This document shows, piece by piece, positions 49,045 through 58,730 of a stretch of DNA of 64,000 nucleotides. The translations under genes and the position numbers were made by a program. Below the pieces are notes generated by a model. That model saw only the letters and a program-made list of their open reading frames with translations. It searched no databases and was not told where the DNA came from. The stretch comes from Clostridia bacterium (lineage in GTDB: Bacteria > Bacillota > Clostridia > Acetivibrionales > DSM-2933): NCBI GenBank assembly GCA_026416815.1, contig JAOAEJ010000090.1, positions 62,486 through 126,485 on the forward strand, read 5' to 3'. The first letter of the stretch is position 1. Each line of letters opens with the position of its first letter.

Positions 49045-49677
49045 GTGTCAAATTTCGGTGAGAGATTGAAGGCTTTAAGAGAGGAAAAAGGCTATAAGCA
49101 GGAAAACATAGCAAAAATACTCGGTGTCAGCAGAGGAGCAATCTCAAAATATGAAAACAATGAAAGAGAACCGGACATAAAGATTATTACTGCCCTTACA
49201 AACCATTTTGAAGTATCTGTAGACTACTTGTTCGGAAAGACAGATATAAGGAGTACGCCGGATTTTATACCTCTAAACATCAAGCTCATTATGGGCGATT
49301 TGAGTGTTGAGGAGTTTATCGCCGAGCTAAGAAAAAAAATTGGTATAACTTTAAAAAAAGAGGATATGGAAAGCTTTATAAAAGGTAGAACAATTCCTTC
49401 CATGGGAATTCTTCAAGCAATTGCCGACTATGCCAATGTTACCCTGGACTTCTTTTTTACCAGGAATACTTCTCAAAGCCTTGAGAAGGAAAAGAACAGC
49501 ATTAAGGAATATTACGCTGCTCTGCCTGATAGGGAAAAGGTTGATCATATTATTAAAAATCGTACCTTTATACGCCTTGCCCTAAAGATATTGGAAAACG
49601 GCCTTGATCTCGAGGACGTAGAAAGACTGCTAGACACTGCCATAAGTATGAAAAGAAATCACAAAGACCCTAAATAA
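49045..49677 (+). CDS. XRE-family HTH transcriptional regulator with a ~140-aa C-terminal domain
   Basis: The ORF track starts at ATG 49024, which sits inside the -10 element. A GTG at 49045 with an upstream GGGGGTGA RBS is the more likely start. HTH: QENIAKILGVSRGAISKYENNER. Confidence 0.65.
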   Translation: MSNFGERLKALREEKGYKQENIAKILGVSRGAISKYENNEREPDIKIITALTNHFEVSVDYLFGKTDIRSTPDFIPLNIKLIMGDLSVEEFIAELRKKIGITLKKEDMESFIKGRTIPSMGILQAIADYANVTLDFFFTRNTSQSLEKEKNSIKEYYAALPDREKVDHIIKNRTFIRLALKILENGLDLEDVERLLDTAISMKRNHKDPK

Positions 49678-49720
49678 AGGGTATTTGTGATTTGCTGATT
49701 ACAGTACACAATAAATATCA

Positions 49721-49843
49721 TTACTTTAAACTCTTAGGCTGTTTTGGCTGGTAGAAAAATAATCCGCTTGCTGAAGCCGTAAATGCCATGGCTGCAAGTG
49801 TCACAATTGTACTTATAATCCCAATTGCCTTAGTTTTTAACAT
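49721..49843 (-). CDS. AgrD-like autoinducing-peptide precursor (40 aa), with Ser in place of the usual Cys; not in the ORF track
   Basis: My translation is MLKTKAIGIISTIVTLAAMAFTASASGLFFYQPKQPKSLK. RBS GAGGGGG lies 7 nt upstream. It parallels C. perfringens AgrD (…ATSACLWFTHQPEEPKSLRDE): an amphipathic leader, a candidate S-G-L-F-F lactone core, and a charged Q-P-x-x-P-K-S-L tail. Confidence 0.45.
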   Translation of the reverse strand: MLKTKAIGIISTIVTLAAMAFTASASGLFFYQPKQPKSLK

Positions 49844-49869
49844 TTAAATACCCCCTCTCTTTGCAGAAG

Positions 49870-50559
49870 TTAGCCCTTCTCTTGTGAAATCATTATTATT
49901 ACCTTACATGCCAGAAAATTGATTAGCGCAAACATAACGCTTGCTATTGAGCATGCAATTCTAAAAGCTGGTGACATTTTGTCAATGTAATGCACAAACG
50001 CGTAAATAAAAGTAACCTCTGCACTGAAAAGCAGGACTGCAAATAACGAGAAGGTATATAATATTTTCTTATTTCTTAAAAGGTTAAAGTACACTATGTC
50101 CCATCTCCATAGAGATACGATTACGATTAACTGTATAATCCTCTCGGGTATGCTGTAAAGAAGCCTGACTATATCATTGGAGAAAAATGTTCCTGCGCTT
50201 TTATTAATAAAGCCGGCAAACTGGTGCACGTATGTGGCTTCTACAGTTATCAAGAATCCATAAATAATTAGGGTGCTTAAAATGGACTCCCGCCACTTCA
50301 ATGTATATACAAACTTTAATATGATTATAAAGAACAGTATATTTGCCAATAGAACAAAAAGCAGATTGGGGAGTACAGCTCTAGCGGTTACTTGTGCTAT
50401 GACTAAAAGGGGTACAGCAATAAAAAGCCGTAATAGATTTAGCTTGTCATCCAGATAAAGCCTGCTCCTCTGGCCTATTAATACGAAACCGAGGTATATA
50501 TCAAGTATTACTTCCGGCATCGATACCGTCAGTATACTAAATAGGCTCATTTTATCCAT
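49870..50559 (-). CDS. Polytopic (~6 TM) membrane protein in the position usually occupied by agrB, but lacking the AgrB His/Cys motif
   Basis: 229 aa. No G.H......C catalytic signature. Function unknown. Confidence 0.45.
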   Translation of the reverse strand: MDKMSLFSILTVSMPEVILDIYLGFVLIGQRSRLYLDDKLNLLRLFIAVPLLVIAQVTARAVLPNLLFVLLANILFFIIILKFVYTLKWRESILSTLIIYGFLITVEATYVHQFAGFINKSAGTFFSNDIVRLLYSIPERIIQLIVIVSLWRWDIVYFNLLRNKKILYTFSLFAVLLFSAEVTFIYAFVHYIDKMSPAFRIACSIASVMFALINFLACKVIIMISQEKG

Positions 50560-50624
50560 ATCTTGCGGGCACCTCCTCCCTAAACAACTACCTGTTAGGT
50601 ATATTGTAGATTAAGTCTCCCGCA

Positions 50625-50660
50625 TTGTAAACATAATGTAACATAACTGTAAACTGTCAA
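50625..50660. promoter_or_regulatory. Three direct repeats of TGTAAAC with 11-bp period upstream of the membrane-protein/peptide operon
   Basis: The sequence reads cattGTAAACataaTGTAACAtaacTGTAAACtgtc. Confidence 0.35.
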
Positions 50661-50726
50661 TAAATACAAAAGGATAGCTCCACCATAGGAACCACCCTCT
50701 TATGATTATTATTGACTTTATCGGAT

Positions 50727-52046
50727 CTATTGATTCATATAATCAGTTACTTCACGGTCTAATGATTTTGCTATCTGCTCCGGTGATTTTCCACCGCTTA
50801 CAAATTGATTTATGTGTTCAAGTAGTATCATATATACCTCATAATCCCAAACTTCATATCTCTCCGCTCTATTGATTATCCTATCTATTTTGTCAACCTG
50901 CTCTTTATCTACACCCTTCGAAAGGGCAGCCTGTTTTTTTGAATCTTCATACACCTTTTTATTTACCGGAATTATAATTTGGTAAAAATCATCCCTCCTT
51001 TGTTGTAACTCCTCCGAGAGCAACAATTTTATGTATTCAAATGCCTCTTTCTTATAAATGCTCTTGGCATTTATAGATACAGTAACAGGCTCTATGACCT
51101 GCACTGATTTCTTAGCGCTATATGTAGGGAAGGCAACAAAGTCCGTTCCCTGTCCCAAACTCCTGGCTGATAAACGATACGCTTCAAAGGGCCCTCCATT
51201 TATAGCTCCGATGTTGTTTATCATTACAGCTACATCATAAGTTAGGAGGTCGTCACCCGTATAACCTAATTCATTTTCCGGGCAAATCGCTCTGTTGATA
51301 TCCCTCTTGAAAGTCTTTAGCATATCTATAAATTCCGGCGAATTGAAGCTAGTCTTTTTATTTTCAAAATCAACGAAATCAACACCGCTATTTTTAAGTA
51401 ATTGTTCAACTCTTATCATCCACCCCGCGAATAGATATCTTGCTCTGTCCTTCACTTTAGGATTATATTCTCTGGCTACTTGCGTAAGATCGTTCCAAGT
51501 CCAGTTTTCGGTGTCTATTTTTATGCCGTTTTTTTTCATTATGTCCTTTGTAGTAGTCATAATGTCAGCCCTGAAGGACAGGGGAACGAAGTATCTCTTA
51601 CCTTTGTAGACACCGCACTCCATTACTTTTTCATTATAATCAGCCATATTGAAGCTCTTATCTGAGGCTATCAGCCCATTTAAGTCTTCAAGTACTCCAC
51701 TCTCCATAGTCTTATATATGGAGTTAAAGCTCGATACAAAGCTGTTACCCATATCCATTATGATGTCCGGGCCTTGCCCCGACATCAATTCGGTTGTCAA
51801 TCTATTCCTAAATTGCTCATAATCTTCGAAGCTTGTCACCTTAATACTTGAGTCCTTATGAGATTCATTATACTTCACTAAGGCTGCTGACGTAAGTACA
51901 TCTTGGTTTTGGGTATACAGCTTCAGTTCAATCTTATGGTCATTCACCTTCTGCTTTTCTGCCTCTTTCACCTTATCCGAGCACCCTGTGCTGCCTATTA
52001 AAAGTACAGCAGTTACAAATAACGGTATAATCTTTCTTACTAACAT
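50727..52046 (-). CDS. ABC-type substrate-binding lipoprotein (family-1 extracellular solute-binding protein), paralog 1
   Basis: Start taken at the internal ATG (MLVRKIIPLFVTAVLLIGSTGCS), giving a lipobox. Paralogous to 62190..63530. Confidence 0.65.
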   Translation of the reverse strand: MLVRKIIPLFVTAVLLIGSTGCSDKVKEAEKQKVNDHKIELKLYTQNQDVLTSAALVKYNESHKDSSIKVTSFEDYEQFRNRLTTELMSGQGPDIIMDMGNSFVSSFNSIYKTMESGVLEDLNGLIASDKSFNMADYNEKVMECGVYKGKRYFVPLSFRADIMTTTKDIMKKNGIKIDTENWTWNDLTQVAREYNPKVKDRARYLFAGWMIRVEQLLKNSGVDFVDFENKKTSFNSPEFIDMLKTFKRDINRAICPENELGYTGDDLLTYDVAVMINNIGAINGGPFEAYRLSARSLGQGTDFVAFPTYSAKKSVQVIEPVTVSINAKSIYKKEAFEYIKLLLSEELQQRRDDFYQIIIPVNKKVYEDSKKQAALSKGVDKEQVDKIDRIINRAERYEVWDYEVYMILLEHINQFVSGGKSPEQIAKSLDREVTDYMNQ

Positions 52047-52106
52047 ACATTCACTCCCTCTACTTGCTGGTTTTTTTATTACAAGTATAATAATATCACC
52101 CAATTA

Positions 52107-52133
52107 GTCATATGATAACTGCCGTTAGTCATA
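52107..52133 (-). promoter_or_regulatory. GTCATA direct-repeat operator, site S3: two GTCATA copies spaced 21 bp
   Basis: AGTCATATGATAACTGCCGTTAGTCATAAG, about 60 nt upstream of the SBP start. Near-identical to sites at 58182.. and 63588... Confidence 0.6.
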
Positions 52134-52246
52134 AGAAAAGTAATAATATGCAAAAATGCCCAATAAATAAAGCAATAGCACCAGGAGTTAGCCTAGTGCC
52201 GTTTTAGCTTTTTATCTTACTGCGTCTATTTATTTATAAATAGAAT

Positions 52247-53149
52247 CTAAGCGCCTCTTTCAGCAATTTCTTCCGGCACAGCCAATACTATGCGCCCGTC
52301 GTTCAACTCTACCTTGACTTTATTCCTATTTTTAAGCCCCAACGCTTCAATATATTCCCTGGGTATTTGCAGCCGCCCTGACTTATCCAGAACCGCAAGC
52401 TCTACATGAGACTCCTCATCTGCTTCTCCCTTGGTATCTGACGCGATTTCAGCCAACTCTTCGGCATAGGATTTTTTTCTTATAAACTCACTGCTGGTAC
52501 GCCCGTCACGGATTGCCACCACTCTGTCCACCTCTCTGGATAGCTGCCTGTCATGGGTAACAATGATAATGGTAAGCCCTAAGGATTTATTTAGCTCCCT
52601 GAAAATATCCAGTATCAGTGCTGAAGTTTTGGTGTCTACTGCACCGGTGGGTTCGTCAGCTAACAGCAGTTTGGGATTGTTGGCAAGGGCTATTGCTATG
52701 GCAGTTCTCTGCTGCTCGCCCCCTGAAAGCTGGTACAATTTACTGTTTTGCCTGTGGGAAAGCCCTACCATATCTAATAATTCCTTTGCTCTCTCTCTTT
52801 TCGCCTTACCCGATAAAAGCATAGGAAGTTCTACGTTTTCAAGGGCTGTCAGGTAGGGTATGAGATTCCTTGCATTATTCTGCCATACAAAGCCTACTGT
52901 GTCCCGTTTGTAATTTATCAGCTGGGAGTTGGTAAATTTAAAAAGGTCTTTTCCATCTACCATAAGCTTACCTGCTGAGGGCTTATCCAATCCTCCCAGC
53001 ATGTTCAGAAGAGTTGACTTCCCGCTTCCGCTGTTGCCTATTATGCCCATTAATTCGCCTTGCTCTACTACAAGGTCCAGTCCTTGAAGAGCGACTACCT
53101 CTATATCAGCGGTTTTATATATCTTAACAAGATTTTCACAAGTGATCAT
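52247..53149 (-). CDS. MacB/LolD-type ABC ATP-binding protein with a C-terminal AbrB/SpoVT-like swapped-hairpin domain
   Basis: Walker A GNSGSGKST, signature LSGGEQQR. The C-terminal ~60 aa (GRLQIPREYIEALGLKNRNKVKVELNDGRIVL) resembles the AbrB/MazE fold. Confidence 0.7.
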   Translation of the reverse strand: MITCENLVKIYKTADIEVVALQGLDLVVEQGELMGIIGNSGSGKSTLLNMLGGLDKPSAGKLMVDGKDLFKFTNSQLINYKRDTVGFVWQNNARNLIPYLTALENVELPMLLSGKAKRERAKELLDMVGLSHRQNSKLYQLSGGEQQRTAIAIALANNPKLLLADEPTGAVDTKTSALILDIFRELNKSLGLTIIIVTHDRQLSREVDRVVAIRDGRTSSEFIRKKSYAEELAEIASDTKGEADEESHVELAVLDKSGRLQIPREYIEALGLKNRNKVKVELNDGRIVLAVPEEIAERGA

Positions 53150-53210
53150 AATTATGCCTCCTTTAGCTTTAAAGCTGTGGGTAGTTTACTATAACATTGA
53201 AAATACTTTG

Positions 53211-53306
53211 CCACCACCCCTGCCCCTCCTCAAAGGAGCGAAGCTTTTGTTTTGCGGCAAAGCCGCAAGCAGGAGGGCTACACCCCCTGCACCCCCAATT
53301 TAAAGT
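53211..53306 (-). repeat. GC-rich ~60-nt conserved intergenic element, copy 2, between the two ATPase genes
   Basis: TTTTGCGGCAAAGCCGCAAGCAGGAGGGCTACACCCCCTGCACCCCCAATTTAAAGTT matches copy 1. It is preceded by a different, copy-specific hairpin. Confidence 0.6.
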
Positions 53307-53317
53307 TTCATAGTTAA

Positions 53318-54001
53318 CTAACTATGTTCAACTACAACCTGCCCGTCCTGCAAGGCGATTACCCGGTCTGCAAGCTCCATTATATTAGGATCGTGGGATG
53401 TCATCACTATTGTAAGCCCTTCCTTTTCCACCAAATCTCGAAATACCTTCATTACCTGCAGGCCCATATGGGTGTCCAATTCAGCTGTAGGTTCATCAGC
53501 AAAAATTATTCTCGGTTTATGAGCTATTGCCCTTGCAATAGCCACACGCTGCTGTTCACCACCTGAAAGCTCATGGGGACGGTGGTGCATACGTTTTTGA
53601 AGCCCAACAAAGGAGAGGCATTCTTCGGCACGTTCTTTTCTTGCCTTGGTGCTATAGCCTGCTACCCGCAGGCCAAATTCTACATTTTCATAAGCCGACA
53701 TTAGAGATATGAGGGCTACGGCTTGGAATACAAAACCCATCTGCTGCCGCCTCAGCTCGTCACGGCTTGTTTCATTGATACAGGCAATATCTCTGCCGTC
53801 CAGATAAATCTTCCCCGTACTAGGCTTATCAAGCGCCCCCAGCAGATTGAGCAGTGTCGTTTTTCCCGAACCGGAACGCCCCTTTAGGACAGTCAGCGTT
53901 CCGGAATTTATTGATATATTAATATCCCTGAGGGCATACACCGTTTCCCTTCCCGACTGAAATTGGCGGTTTATACCCTCTGTGCTGATTATCGGTATCA
54001 T
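53318..54001 (-). CDS. MacB/LolD-type ABC ATP-binding protein
   Basis: Walker A GRSGSGKTT, signature LSGGEQQR, Walker B IIFADEP. Confidence 0.8.
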   Translation of the reverse strand: MIPIISTEGINRQFQSGRETVYALRDINISINSGTLTVLKGRSGSGKTTLLNLLGALDKPSTGKIYLDGRDIACINETSRDELRRQQMGFVFQAVALISLMSAYENVEFGLRVAGYSTKARKERAEECLSFVGLQKRMHHRPHELSGGEQQRVAIARAIAHKPRIIFADEPTAELDTHMGLQVMKVFRDLVEKEGLTIVMTSHDPNIMELADRVIALQDGQVVVEHS

Positions 54002-54003
54002 AC

Positions 54004-56946
54004 TTATTCCTCCCCTAGCTTGATTGCCTGGTTTATATTAATTCGTGACAGCAGTGTTCTTAATGCCAAAAGCCCTATTATCATAGTAACCGTCACCAGC
54101 AGGTAAACATTCATACGGTCACTTGCAAAGGATACTACCTTAAAAGGTATAACCTGTGTAGAAGCATTAAATGCAATCTGGAAGAAAGGTACAAACAATT
54201 GGCTCGCAACCAAACCAATAATCACACCTATAATTGCTGCTGCACCGGAAGTAAGAGCCTGCTCCCATACCATCATGGAATTCAATTTCCTTACAGACAG
54301 CCCTATAGCACGGAATATACCAAACTGAAGTGTTCTGGCATTTATGGACAAAACCCAGTAAATAAGGAAGCCAAGGAAGCATATCATACCGCTTATAATA
54401 AATCCAAGGGTCAAGGCGCCATTAATGGCAAGGTTAAAGGGGTTATTTTTAAGTTTAATGACTTCCTGCCTTGCATTATCCAATCTCGTCACGCTGATAC
54501 CTTTTTCTTTTATTGTGTTGTAAATTGGCTCACTGCCTGCCTTAGGCTCTAGCTTAAGCCATACATCGTAAGGCTCCAGACGGGAATGATTTCGTATATA
54601 AGGAAGGTTCGCCACTACCAGCTTTGGGTCAGGCATACTAGGATTTAATTCCATATCTTTGTTGGGATTCCATGAAGGCCAGTAGTCCACAATGCCATAC
54701 ACAGTAAAACTTATCTTTTGGTTCTCCTCCCACATAATATGTATATAGTCACCTACCTTAAGCTTGGATGATTCACTCAGCGATTTGGAAATCAGACATG
54801 CGCTTGGCTCCACAGCCAGCAAGTTAATGTATTCATTAATATGGTGAGGCATTAAGCCATCCCTGTACCATACAACGTTTCCAAAGTCGTAAGGCTCTAT
54901 TCCCATCAATCTCGCTCCGGTAGGCCGCTGCCCACCTTCAGATATCACCGTCACATCATCTTTATTAAATACCTTTGCAGCATGCTTTACACCGAGCATT
55001 TGCGTATAAGGTAAAAATGACGGTTCAAAGTAGTTGGGTTTTTTATTAGGAGGAGGCTCTAAAGGTCTACGGGGCTTAACATCAGTTTGCCATAGTGTCT
55101 TAATCACCATATCACTGCCTATCGCATAATTAACTCTCTCCTCTGTATTGCTGTTAATTGTCCTTGCAGCAGTGGAACTAAAAAGTCCTATTGATAAGGT
55201 CATTACCATAAAAATCATTAAGAAATGATAGCTCTCAAGAGACCTTCCCACCTGAATCAAGGTAGCATAGACAGACGGCGGCCATAGCTTTCTCCCTATC
55301 CAATATATAGCTTTCACTATCAAAGGATATAGTCTTAGCGTCACCAGCCCTACACCAAGGATAAACATAGCCGGTACAAAGAACAGCATTGGGTCTATTT
55401 GAATATCTTTAGAGGCTGCCCCGGTAATCTTCATTACCTCCTGCCTCTTGCCAAAGGAATAATAGCCATATAGAGATACTGCAATCAATACCAGGTCAAT
55501 AAAGTACTTTTTCCAGAAGGGTGTAGATTTTTTTCTGGCTATGCTTGTTTTATAGCTTATTATGTTGGTTTTGCTGGCAAGATACGCCGGTATAAGCATG
55601 GTGAGTAATGATAGTCCAGCGGCCACAGCGGCGAAAGCATAGGCATTGGAGCTGACCGCTGCAGGAAGTGATGCTCTGCTGGTGAATTCAAGAAAGCCGT
55701 TTGAAGCTCCAAGAATTTTGCTTATGAGCATGCCTATCCACGGTCCTACAGCGAAAGCAATTCCACCGAGTATCAGACCCTCTATAAAATACCCCAGTAC
55801 AATCTGGAATCGGTTGGCCCCCCGGCTGTTTAGGAGCGCTATCTCATTTTTCTCTCTATCTATGATAAGCTTCGATACCATGAAAAGGTATAGAAAAAGC
55901 ATTATTATTACCGGAATATTTAAAGCCAGAAGTATAACGTTCAACTGATTTTCTTTCAAAAGAAAGTTGTTTATTATATCCATCGATGGAGCTTCTATAT
56001 CTACATTATTTCCTCCGATAATCCTTCTCAATCCCTTTGAAAAGCTCCTGTGCCCTCCCAGCATATCCCCTACACCTATACTATCTATTGCATGATAATC
56101 ATAAGCATACAGCCATTTCATGCTCTGCAGCATTGTAGGCTCCGTATTTATAAAATCCTTTTCCATCAAGCCCTCATCTATAAAAAAGCTTTTATCATAT
56201 ATAGTGGTTCCTGCAAGGGACCAGTACATGTTCTGATCATCCTTTATTGTGAAGACTCCTACAGGCTTAATCTTCACGCCTTCCAATTCCTCATACCTAT
56301 TGTCGATTAAAACGAATACCTCTCCCAGCACCATCCCCAGTTTCTTTAAAGCTTCTTCTGTCACAAGGGCTTCATATACTCCATTTTCAGCCTTATTAGA
56401 AGGTAATTTGCCGTCAAGAAGGTTGATGTTTTTATAGAGGCCACTCATAGATTCAATAGTGGCATATCTGCTCCCCCCTGTAGGACTCGTTTTTTTTGGG
56501 TCTTCGGAGTGCATACGTCTGATATCGGTGGAATAAGTATGGATTTGTTCTATTATCGGCAGTCCCAATCTTTGTTTGATATTCTCCTCTGTGTATTGTC
56601 TTGCTTCATTAACCGTTTTTAGCTTTCCTTTATAAAAATCCAAAACCTTCTCGTTTTTTATTAGTGACTGTTTTCGTGTCTTCAACTCGTATACAGTATT
56701 TGAAATACCGCTATAGTCCATAGATATATTTATCCTGTAGATACCGGGAAAGATATTATTTTCTTGCTGGTAATTCTCCAGGTCTCTTACTATCATCTTC
56801 TGCAAAGCTCCCTGGGTATAAATAGGGATACTACTTACTAATGCAACACAAATCACCAATCCTAGGAGAAGGCATAAAACAAGCCACAGGTTCTTTTTCA
56901 TTTTTCTAAGTATCATTAATAACAAAGCCATTATACCCCTCCTCAA
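54004..56946 (-). CDS. FtsX/MacB-type ABC permease with two FtsX domains and large extracellular loops (980 aa)
   Basis: About 10 TM in two 4-TM FtsX-like blocks, each preceded by a large extracytoplasmic domain. Confidence 0.7.
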   Translation of the reverse strand: MRRGIMALLLMILRKMKKNLWLVLCLLLGLVICVALVSSIPIYTQGALQKMIVRDLENYQQENNIFPGIYRINISMDYSGISNTVYELKTRKQSLIKNEKVLDFYKGKLKTVNEARQYTEENIKQRLGLPIIEQIHTYSTDIRRMHSEDPKKTSPTGGSRYATIESMSGLYKNINLLDGKLPSNKAENGVYEALVTEEALKKLGMVLGEVFVLIDNRYEELEGVKIKPVGVFTIKDDQNMYWSLAGTTIYDKSFFIDEGLMEKDFINTEPTMLQSMKWLYAYDYHAIDSIGVGDMLGGHRSFSKGLRRIIGGNNVDIEAPSMDIINNFLLKENQLNVILLALNIPVIIMLFLYLFMVSKLIIDREKNEIALLNSRGANRFQIVLGYFIEGLILGGIAFAVGPWIGMLISKILGASNGFLEFTSRASLPAAVSSNAYAFAAVAAGLSLLTMLIPAYLASKTNIISYKTSIARKKSTPFWKKYFIDLVLIAVSLYGYYSFGKRQEVMKITGAASKDIQIDPMLFFVPAMFILGVGLVTLRLYPLIVKAIYWIGRKLWPPSVYATLIQVGRSLESYHFLMIFMVMTLSIGLFSSTAARTINSNTEERVNYAIGSDMVIKTLWQTDVKPRRPLEPPPNKKPNYFEPSFLPYTQMLGVKHAAKVFNKDDVTVISEGGQRPTGARLMGIEPYDFGNVVWYRDGLMPHHINEYINLLAVEPSACLISKSLSESSKLKVGDYIHIMWEENQKISFTVYGIVDYWPSWNPNKDMELNPSMPDPKLVVANLPYIRNHSRLEPYDVWLKLEPKAGSEPIYNTIKEKGISVTRLDNARQEVIKLKNNPFNLAINGALTLGFIISGMICFLGFLIYWVLSINARTLQFGIFRAIGLSVRKLNSMMVWEQALTSGAAAIIGVIIGLVASQLFVPFFQIAFNASTQVIPFKVVSFASDRMNVYLLVTVTMIIGLLALRTLLSRININQAIKLGEE

Positions 56947-58136
56947 TTTAGAATTACGTTTTGTCCCTCACTCAAGCCCGATATAATCTCCACTTCCATT
57001 GGAGTTGTTATCCCCTCTTCTACATCAACTTCCCTCTTATTATCCCCTTCTAAAATCTGCACATATTTCTTCTCCAGTATCTGCTTTAGCGCCATTTTTG
57101 GGATTACGATGGTATTGTTCTTGCTCTTTATAGGTATTGAGATAACTATAGGGTCTCCCAGCTTCATTCTCTCCTCTAAGCCTTTAGCGTCTATAACAAT
57201 GGCTCCCTTATATGCTTCACCTGCATCCTCAGGTACATTATCCGGGGATAACACTACTTTTCCGGTATATTTCTTGTTTTCGTATGTAAGTTCCGCCGTC
57301 ATGCCCGTCTTTACTTTACCAACCTCCGCAGTAGGCGGTCTAAAATATATCTGTTTTTGCCTGGTATCAGCTACCCTGACAAGCTCTTTAAAAGCTATAA
57401 CCGTATCACCGTCTCTAATATCCTCTACAAAAACTACCTGTCCGTCCATCGGAGATACAAGCTGTGACTTTTCACGCTCATTTTTCAGCTCTTCAAGGGT
57501 TTCCTGTACATTAATCAAGTCCAGGCGGGCTGATTCCTTCTGCTTACTCATTTGCTCCAGCATTACCTTTGCTTTCTCCACAGCGTACTCCTGCACTGTA
57601 ATACCATTTTTCATTTCACGTATTGGAGGCCTTGAAGCTGCCGGAAGCTTCATAGAGGAGTCATACTCCTCTTTCATATTTTTTAATACCGTCTGCATAC
57701 TCTTTAGATCTATCCTTGCCGCTTCCTCCTGCTTCTCCAACTGTTCCAACTGAATCTGTGCCTTACTTACCATGTACTGCTGCTGTTTGATACGGCTTTC
57801 TATGTCACCTACATCAATTCGCGCCAGTACATCACCTTTTTTGACTACCTGCCCAATCCGAGCATCAACGCTTTTTATTCTTCTTCCTTCCTCTTTAAAA
57901 TACAGTGGAACCGATTTAATCGGTATTGCCTCTCCAGATCCTTTCACAGAATCCACGATGTCCCGCTTAGCAACCTTATAAAGCTCATATTTTTGCCTCT
58001 TAGGCTGTATAAGCGGCGGCGCCAGCGGCTTTTCTTCCTTTGGAAGCACCCCGCATCCGCTCATCAATCCCATTCCAACAGCTATAACACTTGCCACCCC
58101 TAATGTCCTGAAGCTTATTTTCTTATTCATTGACAT
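56943..58136 (-). CDS. HlyD/MacA-family periplasmic adaptor (membrane-fusion) protein
   Basis: Lipoprotein-like N-terminus (LMSGCG), coiled-coil hairpin and a beta-barrel C-terminus. Overlaps the permease gene by 4 nt. Confidence 0.75.
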   Translation of the reverse strand: MSMNKKISFRTLGVASVIAVGMGLMSGCGVLPKEEKPLAPPLIQPKRQKYELYKVAKRDIVDSVKGSGEAIPIKSVPLYFKEEGRRIKSVDARIGQVVKKGDVLARIDVGDIESRIKQQQYMVSKAQIQLEQLEKQEEAARIDLKSMQTVLKNMKEEYDSSMKLPAASRPPIREMKNGITVQEYAVEKAKVMLEQMSKQKESARLDLINVQETLEELKNEREKSQLVSPMDGQVVFVEDIRDGDTVIAFKELVRVADTRQKQIYFRPPTAEVGKVKTGMTAELTYENKKYTGKVVLSPDNVPEDAGEAYKGAIVIDAKGLEERMKLGDPIVISIPIKSKNNTIVIPKMALKQILEKKYVQILEGDNKREVDVEEGITTPMEVEIISGLSEGQNVILN

Positions 58137-58169
58137 CCCCCCTGTATGTTTCTCTATATGGTAAAATTA

Positions 58170-58224
58170 TCATATATGACGGTCATATGATAAGTAGCGC
58201 AGGTCATAAATAAAGTCATATATG
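58170..58224 (-). promoter_or_regulatory. GTCATA direct-repeat operator, site S1, upstream of the HlyD-permease-ATPase operon
   Basis: GTCATATGATAAGTAGCGCAGGTCATAAATAAAGTCATATATG. GTCATA copies at 58182, 58203 (+21) and 58215 (+12), plus an inverted copy at 58170..58180. Confidence 0.65.
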
Positions 58225-58730
58225 TTTAACTTCAGTACATTAGGAACAAAAAAGTAAAAGTAGTTAAAAAAAGTGCTGCAAGCCTTTTTTCATTTCTATA
58301 CACTTCCCATATTAGTAATAAGCGGCTCACATTCCAGCATTTAAAAAAGGTGCGGAAATACTTTAGTTTCTTATACTTTAGTTGGATAATTATGATATAC
58401 TTAATATAGGAAGATCAATATATATCCTATGGGAATGCCTAACTGTAGTAAGTAATGTAACCTATCAATGCATTCTCAAGCTGTCTGTATAAAAAGTGAT
58501 GGGTGGTGGTGATGCTATTTCTTATACCGCCGTTATAAATTGAGCGGTAATTCAGAATCTTGTGTATCTGCATACTATTGCACAGCTGTACGCCACACAA
58601 AATGCCTGCCTTTGTCTGCAATGTGATTACTGTCTATTAACATTTTGCAAGTGAACCCAGATTTGCATAATCATGTAAAATTTTCATAGGCGAAATCCCT
58701 ATAGCTTAAAGGGCTTCAGTATTTTAGACT

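Noticed and set aside
49870-50559. Calling the 229-aa membrane protein AgrB
   Set aside because: It lacks the conserved cytoplasmic His…Cys catalytic motif (…HGAHA…C…) of AgrB. It is reported only as a membrane protein in the agrB position.
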